Part shown: in pieces, positions 48,670-58,462 of the stretch
How the letters are laid out: every line of letters begins with the position of its first letter
Position numbering within the stretch: the first letter of the stretch is position 1
IMG/VR virus record: IMGVR_UViG_3300032194_000381
Span: 3,677-67,676 of that record
DNA from: a virus
Length of the DNA: 64,000 nucleotides
Reading direction: 5' to 3' (one strand)
The notes under the pieces: generated by a model
What the model was told of the DNA's origin: nothing
Database searches by the model: none
Seen by the model: only the letters and a program-made list of their open reading frames with translations
Position numbers and translations under genes: made by a program

Positions 48670-49053
48670 TTATTCATCTATTGTATTAGGGCCTGACGTA
48701 GAAGGCTTACGCGGCCAGACGACTGATTCCGGACCGGTCTCTGCATAGGTGGTCGGAATGTCGCGAAGGGTCTGACGATAAGCAGCCCATTGAGCCTGAT
48801 CAACAGTGCAGCCAGGGATCATTGTCCAGTCTGAATCACGGAGGAGTTCATCACGTTTTAGACGTACATGCTCCCAAGTGTTAGTATCTTCAGCAGGTTC
48901 CGGGGTGTTGCCTTCAGCGACCCACTCAAGGTATTCCTGATAGTCGCGATTACCCACATCGTATGGAAGCCAAATGATGCTCCCATCATCATTGATTTTT
49001 TTGATGACGACAGGATCGCCGCCATAAGGAGGGTTCGCAAGTTGATAGTTCAT
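48670..49053 (-). CDS. fibre-partner copy 3 fused to assembly chaperone
   Basis: DYQEYLEWVAEGNTP then RLKRDELLRDSDW...YRQTLRDIP. Confidence 0.75.
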   Translation of the reverse strand: MNYQLANPPYGGDPVVIKKINDDGSIIWLPYDVGNRDYQEYLEWVAEGNTPEPAEDTNTWEHVRLKRDELLRDSDWTMIPGCTVDQAQWAAYRQTLRDIPTTYAETGPESVVWPRKPSTSGPNTIDE

Positions 49054-50132
49054 AGTTCAGCGCTAGCTTCAAGAATAGGTGCACCTGAAATTGAGGCTGC
49101 AAATAGTCCACCTGTCATGCCGGTGTCAGCGGTTGTGAGATTTGCACCAATTTGGGTTGAAGAAACACTAAATACAGAATTTAACCCAGTTACGTTAACT
49201 GCAGCACGGCCAAATTGAGCAACGGTTCCAGGTGAAGATCTCAGACTACTAGGAGTCGTTGCCGTAGCCCGCTTCTCTACTTTAAAGAAAAAGACAACAT
49301 CAACATCAGAGGTGTTGACCGTGCGTCCTGTGCAGTTACCCAATAGCTCGTAATACCTTAGGCACCTAGCAAGCTCATCGCCATAGCTCCTGTGCTCAAA
49401 CGGTGTCGCGGTGTTACCGACTTCGATTTGGACGCCCGTGATTTGCCAAGAAGCGTTTAGGGTTTCATTCAAATTAACGGTAGCTGATGTACCTCTTTTG
49501 TAGGTAGAGCCCCACGTCGTTCCTGCAGTGCCGTGATCATTGGATCCAGTTCCAAGAGCCATTTGAACACCGAGCCCGATCCCATTAGTTGTGTTCCACG
49601 TTCCAGAAGTGTCACCAGGGACAGTGATCGTTTTACGCACCCAAGTGCTTACTTCACTGGCTGCAATGGTGTAGGTTGTTAAAAAAGCTCGGTCAACGCC
49701 TGCGTTGAAAAAACTAATTGGATAAGTTCCGGTTACGCTTGACTTTACGTAAAAAGACATAGTAAAGGCTTTAGCGTCTGCCGTCCCAAACCCCATTTGA
49801 GCCCAGTTGTAACCCTCAATGCGATGGTCAGCTCCTACGAACCGGTCATCACCAGATGATGTTTCAGTAGTTGTGACAGTTGTTTTGAGAGAGTGCTTAA
49901 AACCTGCAGGACTATCTGAAACTTGTTGGATAGTCGCAGCAAGCGTAGACATGTCATGCTTTTCATGAAGGAATCTGTCCACGCTATAAGCGGTTCCAGC
50001 TGAGTAAGAAATACTTGATCCACTATTTCTCTGATCTATACACATATCACCATTGATAACCAGATTCCGATTACCAAGCTTGTCAGCAACGCTATCACCA
50101 AGCCGCTGACCATCGATATCAGTTAATGGCAT
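49050..50132 (-). CDS. fibre / carbohydrate-binding virion protein, copy 3
   Basis: NRNLVINGDM.IDQR...ATPFEHRSYGDELARC.RYY...AEL. Confidence 0.75.
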   Translation of the reverse strand: MPLTDIDGQRLGDSVADKLGNRNLVINGDMCIDQRNSGSSISYSAGTAYSVDRFLHEKHDMSTLAATIQQVSDSPAGFKHSLKTTVTTTETSSGDDRFVGADHRIEGYNWAQMGFGTADAKAFTMSFYVKSSVTGTYPISFFNAGVDRAFLTTYTIAASEVSTWVRKTITVPGDTSGTWNTTNGIGLGVQMALGTGSNDHGTAGTTWGSTYKRGTSATVNLNETLNASWQITGVQIEVGNTATPFEHRSYGDELARCLRYYELLGNCTGRTVNTSDVDVVFFFKVEKRATATTPSSLRSSPGTVAQFGRAAVNVTGLNSVFSVSSTQIGANLTTADTGMTGGLFAASISGAPILEASAEL

Positions 50133-50146
50133 TATCGATTACCTCC

Positions 50147-50488
50147 TTAGGTTTGCTCAAGGTAGCTAACAGAAAGATCCAACGCAGTGGCCGTGTCAGC
50201 ACGTGCCCTCAACACATCACTGGATTCCATGATGATCTTAGAACCTGAGATGATCTCCAAAGATCCACCTCCAGGAACAGGAGCGTTCCTAATAATATAG
50301 ATGTCATCACCCGTATTTGTCACAAGATAAATATCAACGTCAGCGCTGGTGCCGGTCTTGTTCGAGACCAAGATACTCAGAAGAACGTGAGTCGCACTAG
50401 CACCCGCAGTCAAGATATTAGTGGCGGTGTCAGTGATAGCCGTGGTTACCAGGCTTGACTTAGTAGCGATCTTAAAAGTGTTTGCCAT
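50147..50488 (-). CDS. small virion structural protein
   Basis: MANTFK...VSNK...PGGGSLEII...D.SVSYLE. Confidence 0.65.
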   Translation of the reverse strand: MANTFKIATKSSLVTTAITDTATNILTAGASATHVLLSILVSNKTGTSADVDIYLVTNTGDDIYIIRNAPVPGGGSLEIISGSKIIMESSDVLRARADTATALDLSVSYLEQT

Positions 50489-50489
50489 A

Positions 50490-50894
50490 TCAGCCTAGAG
50501 CCACAATTAATGCAAGGTTTGATGTGTTTTCAAAGTTCCCAGTGACCGTAAGATCACCTGTAATTGAAACGTTACCTGGGATAGTTACAGCGCCTGCTGC
50601 GTCTATTGTAAGTCTAGCAACTCCACCGGTCACGAGACTAATTTGATCCGGGCCACCACTGATAATTCCAGTGTTGGAATCAGTAGCAAACTTAAGAGCA
50701 CAACTTGTTAATGAACCAAGTGAAAGTGCTGAGTTCGTTCCATCTTCTCTAAGAAGCGGGAAGCCTCCAGCCTGTACTCCATCGTGGACGACTGTACTGT
50801 TCTTATCAGTATCTACAGTGACTTCACCCGAAGCACCAGTGAAGCCTGAGTGCTGGGCTGTTGAGCCTCTGCGAAATTGTACTTGGGTTGCCAT
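50490..50894 (-). CDS. Mtd-N / hyaluronidase-N-like fibre protein
   Basis: QVQFRRGST..H..FTGA.GEVTVDTDK..VVHDG..AGG.PL. Confidence 0.75.
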   Translation of the reverse strand: MATQVQFRRGSTAQHSGFTGASGEVTVDTDKNSTVVHDGVQAGGFPLLREDGTNSALSLGSLTSCALKFATDSNTGIISGGPDQISLVTGGVARLTIDAAGAVTIPGNVSITGDLTVTGNFENTSNLALIVALG

Positions 50895-50898
50895 AACT

Positions 50899-52899
50899 CT
50901 ATCCTAATGCAACTGCAATTGCGGTAGCAAAACTTTCGGTGGAGATTGTTCCATCGGTATCAGGAACAGTCATAGTTCGGGTATTACTTGTAGTAATGCC
51001 TGAACATTCGAAAGCAAGCTTTTTAGAACTGTCGCCGTTATCGCTAATTCTGAAACTATCATCAACAAAAGTCCCGCCGGGAATCGTCGAAGCTGAAGTC
51101 AATAATGTGCCAGTTTCATCCGGCACTGTGATAGTTCGGTCGGCTCCTAGTGCTGCTGGTGTGAGCGTAACTGCGCGAGAGCTGGATCCACCCCCACGTC
51201 CGTTGATCAGGATTGCGTCTTGCGTTGAAGCCTGCTCAAAGCGTTGTCCAGTTGTATTTTGAAATGTATTTGACGCCGTGAATGTTTTAGCCCCCGAGAT
51301 TGTTTCATTAACATCCGTAAGAGAGACTGTTCCTCCAGCATTCGGTAATACAATTGTGCGGTTGGCACTCAAAGCTTCAGGTGTAAGGGTCACCGCATAA
51401 GAATTACTACCACCACCACGACCATTGATGACAACACCATCGTTCGTCGCGGCCTGTTCAAACCTTTGACCGGATGAATTCCTGAATGTATTGTTGCCTG
51501 TAAATGTTTGGTCAGTGCCCAGGACAACGATTGTATCGTTGGCATCCTGAACGGTCAAAGTCCGAGTCGTTGATGTAGTGATTCCACTTAAAGCGAACGC
51601 CAACTGCTTCGTGTTGTCCGTGGTATTGCGGACTCTGAAGCCGCCATCATTCGTGACCACTGCGGTCGACGTCACTGATGTCAAACCAGCAAGGGTCAGT
51701 GTGGAAGAACCTAGAGATACAGCACTCGTGCCGATCGTGATGGAGCTGTTGCTCAATGACGAGTTCGGAATACTCCCGAGGGCGAATACACCTGTGCTCG
51801 AGTTGTAACTGATTCCAGTGGAGCTGGTGACACTGAAATGAGCACGAACCTCAGCTGCGCTTGGGCCTGTATATGTGATTACACCCGTGCTGCTGTTGTA
51901 GCCAAGAGATCCATCGCCCCCAGAATCCGTAACACTGATTGCACCACGTGCTCTTGCGTCCGTGAAATAAAGATTTCCGCTCTCAGGAACAATGCCGGTA
52001 TCAAGGGTGTCAGTGGTCGACTGGTTACTGGCATTGCCAATGAAGATCTTGCCGTTGTCTAAGTTCGGTGTTGCGTTCGAGCGGCCTGGACCAAGTACAA
52101 GAATGCGTCCGTTGCTGTCTACCTTGGTGACCTTGCCGATGTTTTGAATCTGGCTGGCCTCACCCGTCGGAGGCGTGGTCGTTAAGTCACCCGCTGTGGT
52201 GCTGATATAAACGGTATCACCAGCCGTAAAAGAGCTCGTGTCATAACCCTGAGCAACACCTGTAGCGATGACAGCACCATTGGCGTTATTGGTGATTTGC
52301 TCAGCGACAAGACCAATACAAGGCATTTTGGTCGCATCATTGGCGTCTGCAGGAGCCACCAGAGGTCGATTACTGCCTGACGCGTACCCAACGATTGCAA
52401 CTGGAGTGCCCTTGGCGAGAGTTGACCCCGTTTCATTACGTACAAGTTCAACTACATTCTCTGCTTCTTTAACTTGATAGGTGTCCCCAAGTGAAACAGT
52501 GGTCGTCACACCACGAGCATCTTCGAAATCAATGCTGCTGTTCGTTAAAGAAGAATTTGGAATACTTGCAAGGGCAAATACACCTGTAGAAGACGTATAA
52601 GTGATGCCTGTGGCGCTCGTAGCCGACAGCAAGCCTCTGACCACGGCATCTGTGACCTGAGTAAACTCAAATGCACCTGTGGTGGAGTTATAAGTTAAGC
52701 TTCCTAATCCAGTTGCAGGACTGGGGCTGACAGTCGAAAGAGAAATCGAACCGCGAGCCCTTGCTTGAGTAAAGTATTGATTACTAGAACCTTCACTCAG
52801 ATCATCCGTATCATTTCCGGCAAAATCTAATCCATCAGTCGGAGTATTGACCTCTTGAAAGAGACCAGATACTAATGCAATTGCCTTTCTAGTTGCCAT
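50899..52899 (-). CDS. long tail fibre protein with internal repeats
   Basis: YFT.ARARG, YNSSTGV, IPNSSL and F.N..GQRFEQA repeats; ends AIAVALG. Confidence 0.75.
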   Translation of the reverse strand: MATRKAIALVSGLFQEVNTPTDGLDFAGNDTDDLSEGSSNQYFTQARARGSISLSTVSPSPATGLGSLTYNSTTGAFEFTQVTDAVVRGLLSATSATGITYTSSTGVFALASIPNSSLTNSSIDFEDARGVTTTVSLGDTYQVKEAENVVELVRNETGSTLAKGTPVAIVGYASGSNRPLVAPADANDATKMPCIGLVAEQITNNANGAVIATGVAQGYDTSSFTAGDTVYISTTAGDLTTTPPTGEASQIQNIGKVTKVDSNGRILVLGPGRSNATPNLDNGKIFIGNASNQSTTDTLDTGIVPESGNLYFTDARARGAISVTDSGGDGSLGYNSSTGVITYTGPSAAEVRAHFSVTSSTGISYNSSTGVFALGSIPNSSLSNSSITIGTSAVSLGSSTLTLAGLTSVTSTAVVTNDGGFRVRNTTDNTKQLAFALSGITTSTTRTLTVQDANDTIVVLGTDQTFTGNNTFRNSSGQRFEQAATNDGVVINGRGGGSNSYAVTLTPEALSANRTIVLPNAGGTVSLTDVNETISGAKTFTASNTFQNTTGQRFEQASTQDAILINGRGGGSSSRAVTLTPAALGADRTITVPDETGTLLTSASTIPGGTFVDDSFRISDNGDSSKKLAFECSGITTSNTRTMTVPDTDGTISTESFATAIAVALG

Positions 52900-52903
52900 A
52901 ATA

Positions 52904-53431
52904 TTAACTTAATAAGATCGGTGGTTCCAATTGAATGGCAAACTCTGTAGTTGAAGTGGCTTCACCGACTCTGACTACATAATTACCTGCACCAGTAGGT
53001 GCAGTCGTGGTGATCGCTCCTGCGCTTGCGGCAGAGAGGAAGTAGTGATCACCAGCATCAAGACCCGTCATCGCCTCCACGCCAGTCACCAGGACTTTCA
53101 CTTCCTCACCTAAAGCTTTGGTTGTGTCTGCAATCCCAACTACATAGGCCTTATCAAGAGTGTCGTTTGCAATAGCTTTACCTACCTGTCCGTCGCTCTG
53201 ACGCATGTACAGAGCGTCACCCTGATCGACTGCTTCAAAAGTTGTAGCATTAAAGCCGACCCTGAAAGGAATAAAAGTTGGGAAACCGTCTTTAAGATCA
53301 ATCAGCGCGTCGACGAGGCCACGGTAGTTCGGCGCATAAGGTGCTCGAGTCATCGTGAAACCATGTCCAGTCATCAGGTCAACAAGTACCTGTAGAGCTC
53401 CTTCTATGTTGGGCTCGTAGGCAACTGCCAT
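52904..53431 (-). CDS. structural protein (DUF2190/cement-like)
   Basis: EAVDQGDALY...VVGIA...GLDAGDHYFLS. Confidence 0.55.
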   Translation of the reverse strand: MAVAYEPNIEGALQVLVDLMTGHGFTMTRAPYAPNYRGLVDALIDLKDGFPTFIPFRVGFNATTFEAVDQGDALYMRQSDGQVGKAIANDTLDKAYVVGIADTTKALGEEVKVLVTGVEAMTGLDAGDHYFLSAASAGAITTTAPTGAGNYVVRVGEATSTTEFAIQLEPPILLS

Positions 53432-53450
53432 ATGACCGTATACTTTTTCA

Positions 53451-53481
53451 TTATTCTAAATTGTTGAACCCTTTAGAATAA
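53451..53481. promoter_or_regulatory. symmetric divergent promoter
   Basis: TTATTCTAAA-N11-TTTAGAATAA perfect inverted repeat, TAGAAT on each strand. Confidence 0.6.
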
Positions 53482-53499
53482 AGAGAGGGGATTTATACC

Positions 53500-53742
53500 G
53501 TGACTCCAGAAATAATTACAGCTGCAATTACTGGAGGTATCGGTGCATTTACCGGTCTCTCGCGTGCTCTTAATGGGTTCAGCAAAAAACTAGATCGTCG
53601 CTTCGAGAGAATAGAAGACGACATTGATATGCTCCACGATCGGCTCGCACGAGAGTACGTATTGAAAGAAGACTTTCTACGCGAGATGGAAGCCGTTCAC
53701 AATAAACTCGATCGAATTCTCGATCACCTTTTGAAGTCTTAG
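53500..53742 (+). CDS. small TM + coiled-coil protein
   Basis: hydrophobic N-terminus, EYVLKEDF, KLDRILD. Confidence 0.6.
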   Translation: MTPEIITAAITGGIGAFTGLSRALNGFSKKLDRRFERIEDDIDMLHDRLAREYVLKEDFLREMEAVHNKLDRILDHLLKS

Positions 53743-54158
53743 ATTGCTACCCAGGCAGAACCGTTCCAAATAAACAGGCCGGGAATCGCAGTGTCATAGT
53801 GGAGCTGACCACTCACGGGACTCGTTGGCTTACCTGAGCTGACAGAGGCCACTGCTTTGGGTGTCTGGAAAGCACTACCGTCGTGGATCTTAAGGATATG
53901 GGTGCTCGAGGTGTCGAGCCAGTTCTCTCCTTTACAGAACGAACCAAAGCCTGCCGAAGGAGTGTTGGGCTGACTGGAGCCTACAAAGGTCGGGCCTGCT
54001 TTGATGAGGCCGGTAGAAGGTGAAGCCGTATCATCCTTGAAATAGAGCCCAGGATCGCCCGCATTGAAGTTGATGCAGAGCTCCGCTTCACCGATTCGTG
54101 CTGGTGTGGGACGATCATGTAAAACTTTTGATCGACGGCTCAAAATCTGGATCGTCAT
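53739..54158 (-). CDS. fibre-type structural protein
   Basis: RP....ELCINF...PGLYFKD; WLDTS; WNGSAW. Confidence 0.65.
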   Translation of the reverse strand: MTIQILSRRSKVLHDRPTPARIGEAELCINFNAGDPGLYFKDDTASPSTGLIKAGPTFVGSSQPNTPSAGFGSFCKGENWLDTSSTHILKIHDGSAFQTPKAVASVSSGKPTSPVSGQLHYDTAIPGLFIWNGSAWVAI

Positions 54159-54160
54159 GA

Positions 54161-56458
54161 TTAATTATTGATATAGAGGCCAGAATCAACCAAGATTGGC
54201 TGAGGTAAGAAGGGAGAATATGTTCGACAGTCTAGTTCACTTGAAGTACCAACTGAAACAGGCGTGCCGTTGACATAAGTGCCTCCATCGATCTCACCAA
54301 ACTGGAAATCACTGGTGTAATCAGTCAGAGGCTGATCCAGCATGCCGATTTTGGTGTCCTGAATAATATCTGGATCAATATTGAACAATTTATTCATCAT
54401 TTGCAGCATATTCATCGTCGAATTGACCGTTCTGCCGCTTCTATCCAGTTGACCTGCTTCATTTCGACGAATAGAGTCGGTCATCATCATGCTGACCAAG
54501 TTATCGTCAAAATTACCCACCTGAGTAGGCTGATTTCGGTCGCCGCTAATTTCTTTTGCACCTGACCAGGGCATTCCGTAGCTCATCATTGACATTCTTT
54601 CAGCCTGCATACGGATTCGGTCGTTTTCTTTCTCAAGCTTGTCGTAAAAACGCTCTAAAGCCACACCTAGAGGCTGATCGTTAGGCTCGAGCAGCCAACT
54701 GCCTACATATTCATGGTTTTTAAGGTTCCTCACCACGCAATAGCCGAGAGTTGTGTTGCTGAAGGGGTAAACAATCTTGAAATTATCTTTATCTACAACT
54801 TCTGAGACCGTATATTCACCGTCAATCGCACTTCCGCTCGTAAAATCAAGTCGAATCCTTGTATTAACACCGAGACGATGGTCCGTGGCGGTCACTGTGA
54901 TATTCGGGCCACCATCTTGGCTGTACAGAGCCGATAAATTGATGGGTTCGTTTCCCTCATCGTGGACAATCGACCACATCGCAGCATAAATATGCTTGCA
55001 CCACCGCGTTTGGTAGTACATGAGGTTCGGATATGAGAACTCACTGCCGTCCTCATAGGTCGGAAGGTTGTAGAAGTTATTTACAGCTACATATCCAAAG
55101 TCACTGTAAACGCCGACATCATCACGGGTGTCAATTAGATCACCTTCGCGGTCGATTCGCTGTCCTGGCTTAACACTGTTCAGTTGAGTGACAGGGAACT
55201 TACGTTTCTGCGCCTCCGAATAGAGATTAAAGTTGTCACGACGCATAAAATCTTGACAACTGCACTGGTAACGAACCTCAGTGGTCAGATATCTGTCAAC
55301 TTTGAAGCCCCGATGCGCTGGAGTGACTGTTGTGGGTTTATTATCAATGACCTTTTCGCCATAGCTGTCATCACGCTGAAATAAGATCTCATTTGTATCT
55401 TTGTCAGTGCCTGTAACTGTGTAACCCACGTAGTCTTCATAGTCATAACCACGGATTCTTCGGTTAACGATGGCGGTACCAAACGTAGTGCCTGAGGCAA
55501 CTGAAGTCACAGTGAATTGAGTGGCGCTAGTAACAGTCACATCGTATAGACCCGGTATCGCAGTCCCTGATGTAAACACCATAAGAACTTCATTACCTGT
55601 TGCTAGACCGTGTGCAGCAGTACAGTTGACCGTAATTGTGGTTAGTGACTGAGAATAAGTTGCAAAAATGCCAGGATCACGTTCAATTACACGGTCAGCA
55701 AGACGTTCGCCGGCAAAAAAGTTGACGGGTGTAGGGATAAAACGTATTTGAACACGCATTTGCTCCCAATTAAGGTCACTAAAAGTAGTTTCTTTGCGGT
55801 AAACAACGTTTCCACTTGTCGTAACAGATGCCGCAGCAGTACAGGTGAATGTATTTTGCGTAGTTCCAGTAATTGCAAGCGTCGCGTCAACACCAGAACC
55901 GGTTGTAAAATCTAAAAAAACATCATCGCCCGTTTCTAGACCGTGGTCACTCGAAGTAATCGTTACAGTAGTTCCTGATTGTGAGTACGTACCAGAAACT
56001 TCACCCGTCAAATACCGTACGGCAGTAATCGGAAGACCGAAGTTGTAGAAACTGAAGCTATTGGCGTCACGGATCCCCACCATCTGCGTTCCCATCTCAG
56101 GTGTGGAGCTTGGAAAGGTGAAAACACGGGCAGGAATAAACACTCCAGGGAACTGCTGGAATGCTACATACATTCTGAAGTCGCCACGAGTATTACGATC
56201 CTTAGAACTTGTACCCATGTATGTCTGGGTAATGCTGTAAAGATCGTATCCACGTCGCCAACGTGACCAAAGCGAGTCCCTGTTGTAGAACTTGGTCTCG
56301 CTATCGTAGTCTTCATTATCAGGCTGAAAATCGTACAGCCTTGATTTAAATTTTATATCTGTGTTCGGCTTAAAGTTTGTCTGTTTTTCAAACTTCTTTG
56401 CGTACTTGCCATCAAAGCTCTGGCTTGAAGAACCAAACCCCCCGACTTCGAATGGCAT
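54161..56458 (-). CDS. large virion-module protein with beta repeats and SWIM-type Zn finger
   Basis: three YSQ..T.T.T..HGL.TG..V..FTSG repeats; YQCSCQDF...WCKHIYA. Confidence 0.7.
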   Translation of the reverse strand: MPFEVGGFGSSSQSFDGKYAKKFEKQTNFKPNTDIKFKSRLYDFQPDNEDYDSETKFYNRDSLWSRWRRGYDLYSITQTYMGTSSKDRNTRGDFRMYVAFQQFPGVFIPARVFTFPSSTPEMGTQMVGIRDANSFSFYNFGLPITAVRYLTGEVSGTYSQSGTTVTITSSDHGLETGDDVFLDFTTGSGVDATLAITGTTQNTFTCTAAASVTTSGNVVYRKETTFSDLNWEQMRVQIRFIPTPVNFFAGERLADRVIERDPGIFATYSQSLTTITVNCTAAHGLATGNEVLMVFTSGTAIPGLYDVTVTSATQFTVTSVASGTTFGTAIVNRRIRGYDYEDYVGYTVTGTDKDTNEILFQRDDSYGEKVIDNKPTTVTPAHRGFKVDRYLTTEVRYQCSCQDFMRRDNFNLYSEAQKRKFPVTQLNSVKPGQRIDREGDLIDTRDDVGVYSDFGYVAVNNFYNLPTYEDGSEFSYPNLMYYQTRWCKHIYAAMWSIVHDEGNEPINLSALYSQDGGPNITVTATDHRLGVNTRIRLDFTSGSAIDGEYTVSEVVDKDNFKIVYPFSNTTLGYCVVRNLKNHEYVGSWLLEPNDQPLGVALERFYDKLEKENDRIRMQAERMSMMSYGMPWSGAKEISGDRNQPTQVGNFDDNLVSMMMTDSIRRNEAGQLDRSGRTVNSTMNMLQMMNKLFNIDPDIIQDTKIGMLDQPLTDYTSDFQFGEIDGGTYVNGTPVSVGTSSELDCRTYSPFLPQPILVDSGLYINN

Positions 56459-56467
56459 AACCTTAAA

Positions 56468-57238
56468 TCAATAGAAGCCGCCTTGGACGCCCACGTAGAA
56501 ACCGTTGGTCAAAGCCGTAGAACCACTTACAGCAGCGTACAAAGCTTGGCCACGTTTGAGCATCAGTCCGCGTTGTTTTGGTGCGATCTGGCTATTCGCA
56601 GCATCAAAGTTGGCGCCAGCCTGAACCACGGGATGGTTAATTAAAGGGAGATCGCGATTAAGAGTCAGGCTGTAGCTGAGATTTTCGTAGGTCGAATCAA
56701 CGCTTGCAGTAAAGACAGGGAAAAACTGATTCGTATTACTAACTGTGCCAACATTAACAAGATAAAAACAAATGTCGGTCGGAAGGTAGACACTGACATC
56801 ACCACTTGTAGTTGTGCTTGGAATGGTGGCTTCAAAAGTGGTAGAAGTAACCGCTGTGACTGTAAATTCGTCATCCGTTAAAGTTCCGGATGTAAAATCG
56901 CAGTACACTTTTTGTCCAACCTGCAAATTGTGTCCTGCAGAGATCGTTACAGTGAGTGTAGTACCCGACGCACTATAGGTTCCTGATGTTGCAGATTTAG
57001 CGTCAATAAATTGATTCGTTCGCTTGGTATATGTCAACCAAATCTCATCAATGTAAGCGCCTGAGATCGAGGTATCCGTGCTGGCAGAGTCAACATCGAA
57101 TACTTGTGTGGCGTTACCGACAGCGGTGGGGACTAGACTCGTACGAAACTCTTGTCCAGAGGCGACGGTCAACAACGTAGAAGTCGTTGCTGGACGGTCC
57201 ACCATAAGTGGCTGTTTATTTGAACTACTACTTGACAC
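56468..57238 (-). CDS. structural protein with one beta repeat
   Basis: GTYSASGTTLTVT..GHNLQVGQKVYCDFTSG. Confidence 0.65.
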   Translation of the reverse strand: MSSSSSNKQPLMVDRPATTSTLLTVASGQEFRTSLVPTAVGNATQVFDVDSASTDTSISGAYIDEIWLTYTKRTNQFIDAKSATSGTYSASGTTLTVTISAGHNLQVGQKVYCDFTSGTLTDDEFTVTAVTSTTFEATIPSTTTSGDVSVYLPTDICFYLVNVGTVSNTNQFFPVFTASVDSTYENLSYSLTLNRDLPLINHPVVQAGANFDAANSQIAPKQRGLMLKRGQALYAAVSGSTALTNGFYVGVQGGFY

Positions 57239-57282
57239 GTCTGACTAGCGAGTTGCGTTAAAAATATTATAGCCGAGTTGGT

Positions 57283-57444
57283 TTAATCTTTTTTCTTCTT
57301 CTCTTCCATGCGCTTACGTGCCTTGGTGACAGCGTCTTTACGCTTCTCCTTGTCAGTCTGTTTAGGATCCTTATCAGAACCTTCTTTCTCTTCTTGCTTT
57401 TTCTTGAAATGAGCTAACAGCTCAGGCGGCATTTTCTTACCCAT
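57283..57444 (-). CDS. small Lys-rich protein
   Basis: 53 aa MGKKMPPELLAHFKKK... Confidence 0.55.
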   Translation of the reverse strand: MGKKMPPELLAHFKKKQEEKEGSDKDPKQTDKEKRKDAVTKARKRMEEKKKKD

Positions 57445-57446
57445 GG

Positions 57447-57599
57447 TCACTCCTCCTCTTCTTCGTTTTTATCGACACCAAGTGCCTGTCCAGCCATGCG
57501 GGGCTTGGGCTCATCTCTTATTGGAGTCTGGGGTGCAGCAGCTCTTGCGCGAGCTGACCGCATCTCATCTGTCTGACTATCAGATCGGGTTTTACCCAT
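57447..57599 (-). CDS. small protein (KPRMAG)
   Basis: 50 aa. Confidence 0.5.
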   Translation of the reverse strand: MGKTRSDSQTDEMRSARARAAAPQTPIRDEPKPRMAGQALGVDKNEEEEE

Positions 57600-57611
57600 T
57601 TTGACGGTAAG

Positions 57612-57839
57612 TTAAAGGTCTAAATCGCGGATACCCGCACGCAGCTCATTGCGTAGATCTGCTCCAGGGGCGTACGGTTCTGGCGCAACACCTGGTTGTA
57701 ATAAGTTTAAATCTAAAACATCTCCCGCCATGCGCGGCTTTCTTGCCGCAACCTTACCGGACTTAGGTTTAGGTCCGGCTGGAATATCGCGACGTCGAAG
57801 GCCAAACATGTAGCCAATATTAGTCCGAGGTTTGACCAC
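57612..57839 (-). CDS. small basic protein (KPRMAG)
   Basis: 75 aa. Confidence 0.5.
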   Translation of the reverse strand: MVKPRTNIGYMFGLRRRDIPAGPKPKSGKVAARKPRMAGDVLDLNLLQPGVAPEPYAPGADLRNELRAGIRDLDL

Positions 57840-57840
57840 A

Positions 57841-58188
57841 TCAAAGAGCTGCTACTGTAAAGTCAATCGTCGCAGCCGTTCCACCAGTCTCACTGACAAA
57901 GACAGGCCGGATATATTTGACAGGACGCCCAGTCACACTATAAAAATAGTTGCCGTTTGCAGTGATCGTCTGATCTGCAATGATGTCGGCCCAGTCGCTG
58001 TTGTTGAGGCTGCCCTGCAGAGCTACAACGACATTAGTATTAATAGCAGCAACTTTCACAAACAGCGTATAGCTTGAAGTGGCGAAATAGTTGTTGACTG
58101 CAACCTGCACTTCGCTCCCATTCCCAGGGGCAGTCAGCTGTGTGCTGGTATCAAAGATAGTATCCTGAAAATAATTTACGCCTGCCAT
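57841..58188 (-). CDS. small beta-sandwich structural protein
   Basis: VALQGSL...W...VKYIRP. Confidence 0.6.
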   Translation of the reverse strand: MAGVNYFQDTIFDTSTQLTAPGNGSEVQVAVNNYFATSSYTLFVKVAAINTNVVVALQGSLNNSDWADIIADQTITANGNYFYSVTGRPVKYIRPVFVSETGGTAATIDFTVAAL

Positions 58189-58462
58189 TGCGCCTGCACG
58201 GGTCTTTTATTAAGAATAACAGGGGGAATGCTATCGCTATATGAGCGTGAAACTTCCCTCATGTAAGCAGGATTGTTGAGCTGATACCTAGGATCTTCCT
58301 CACCTGTGTATGACACCACGAACTGACATCTATCGTGGTTCTCCTGTTTTGCAGTATTGAAAGGATCGCTGAATCCTGCCGTGCTCATCTGATAGTCGTT
58401 GTACATATTCCTGTACAAGACCGGAAATGACTGACTATATCCAGGAACCTGCGCGAATCGCA

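Noticed and set aside
42728-50132. Invertible shufflon
   Set aside because: All copies are direct repeats and complete genes; no site-specific recombinase seen
42728-50894. Diversity-generating retroelement (Mtd-N-like gene plus fibre repeats)
   Set aside because: No reverse transcriptase in the window; repeat differences are not adenine-specific and the cores are too divergent for a TR/VR pair
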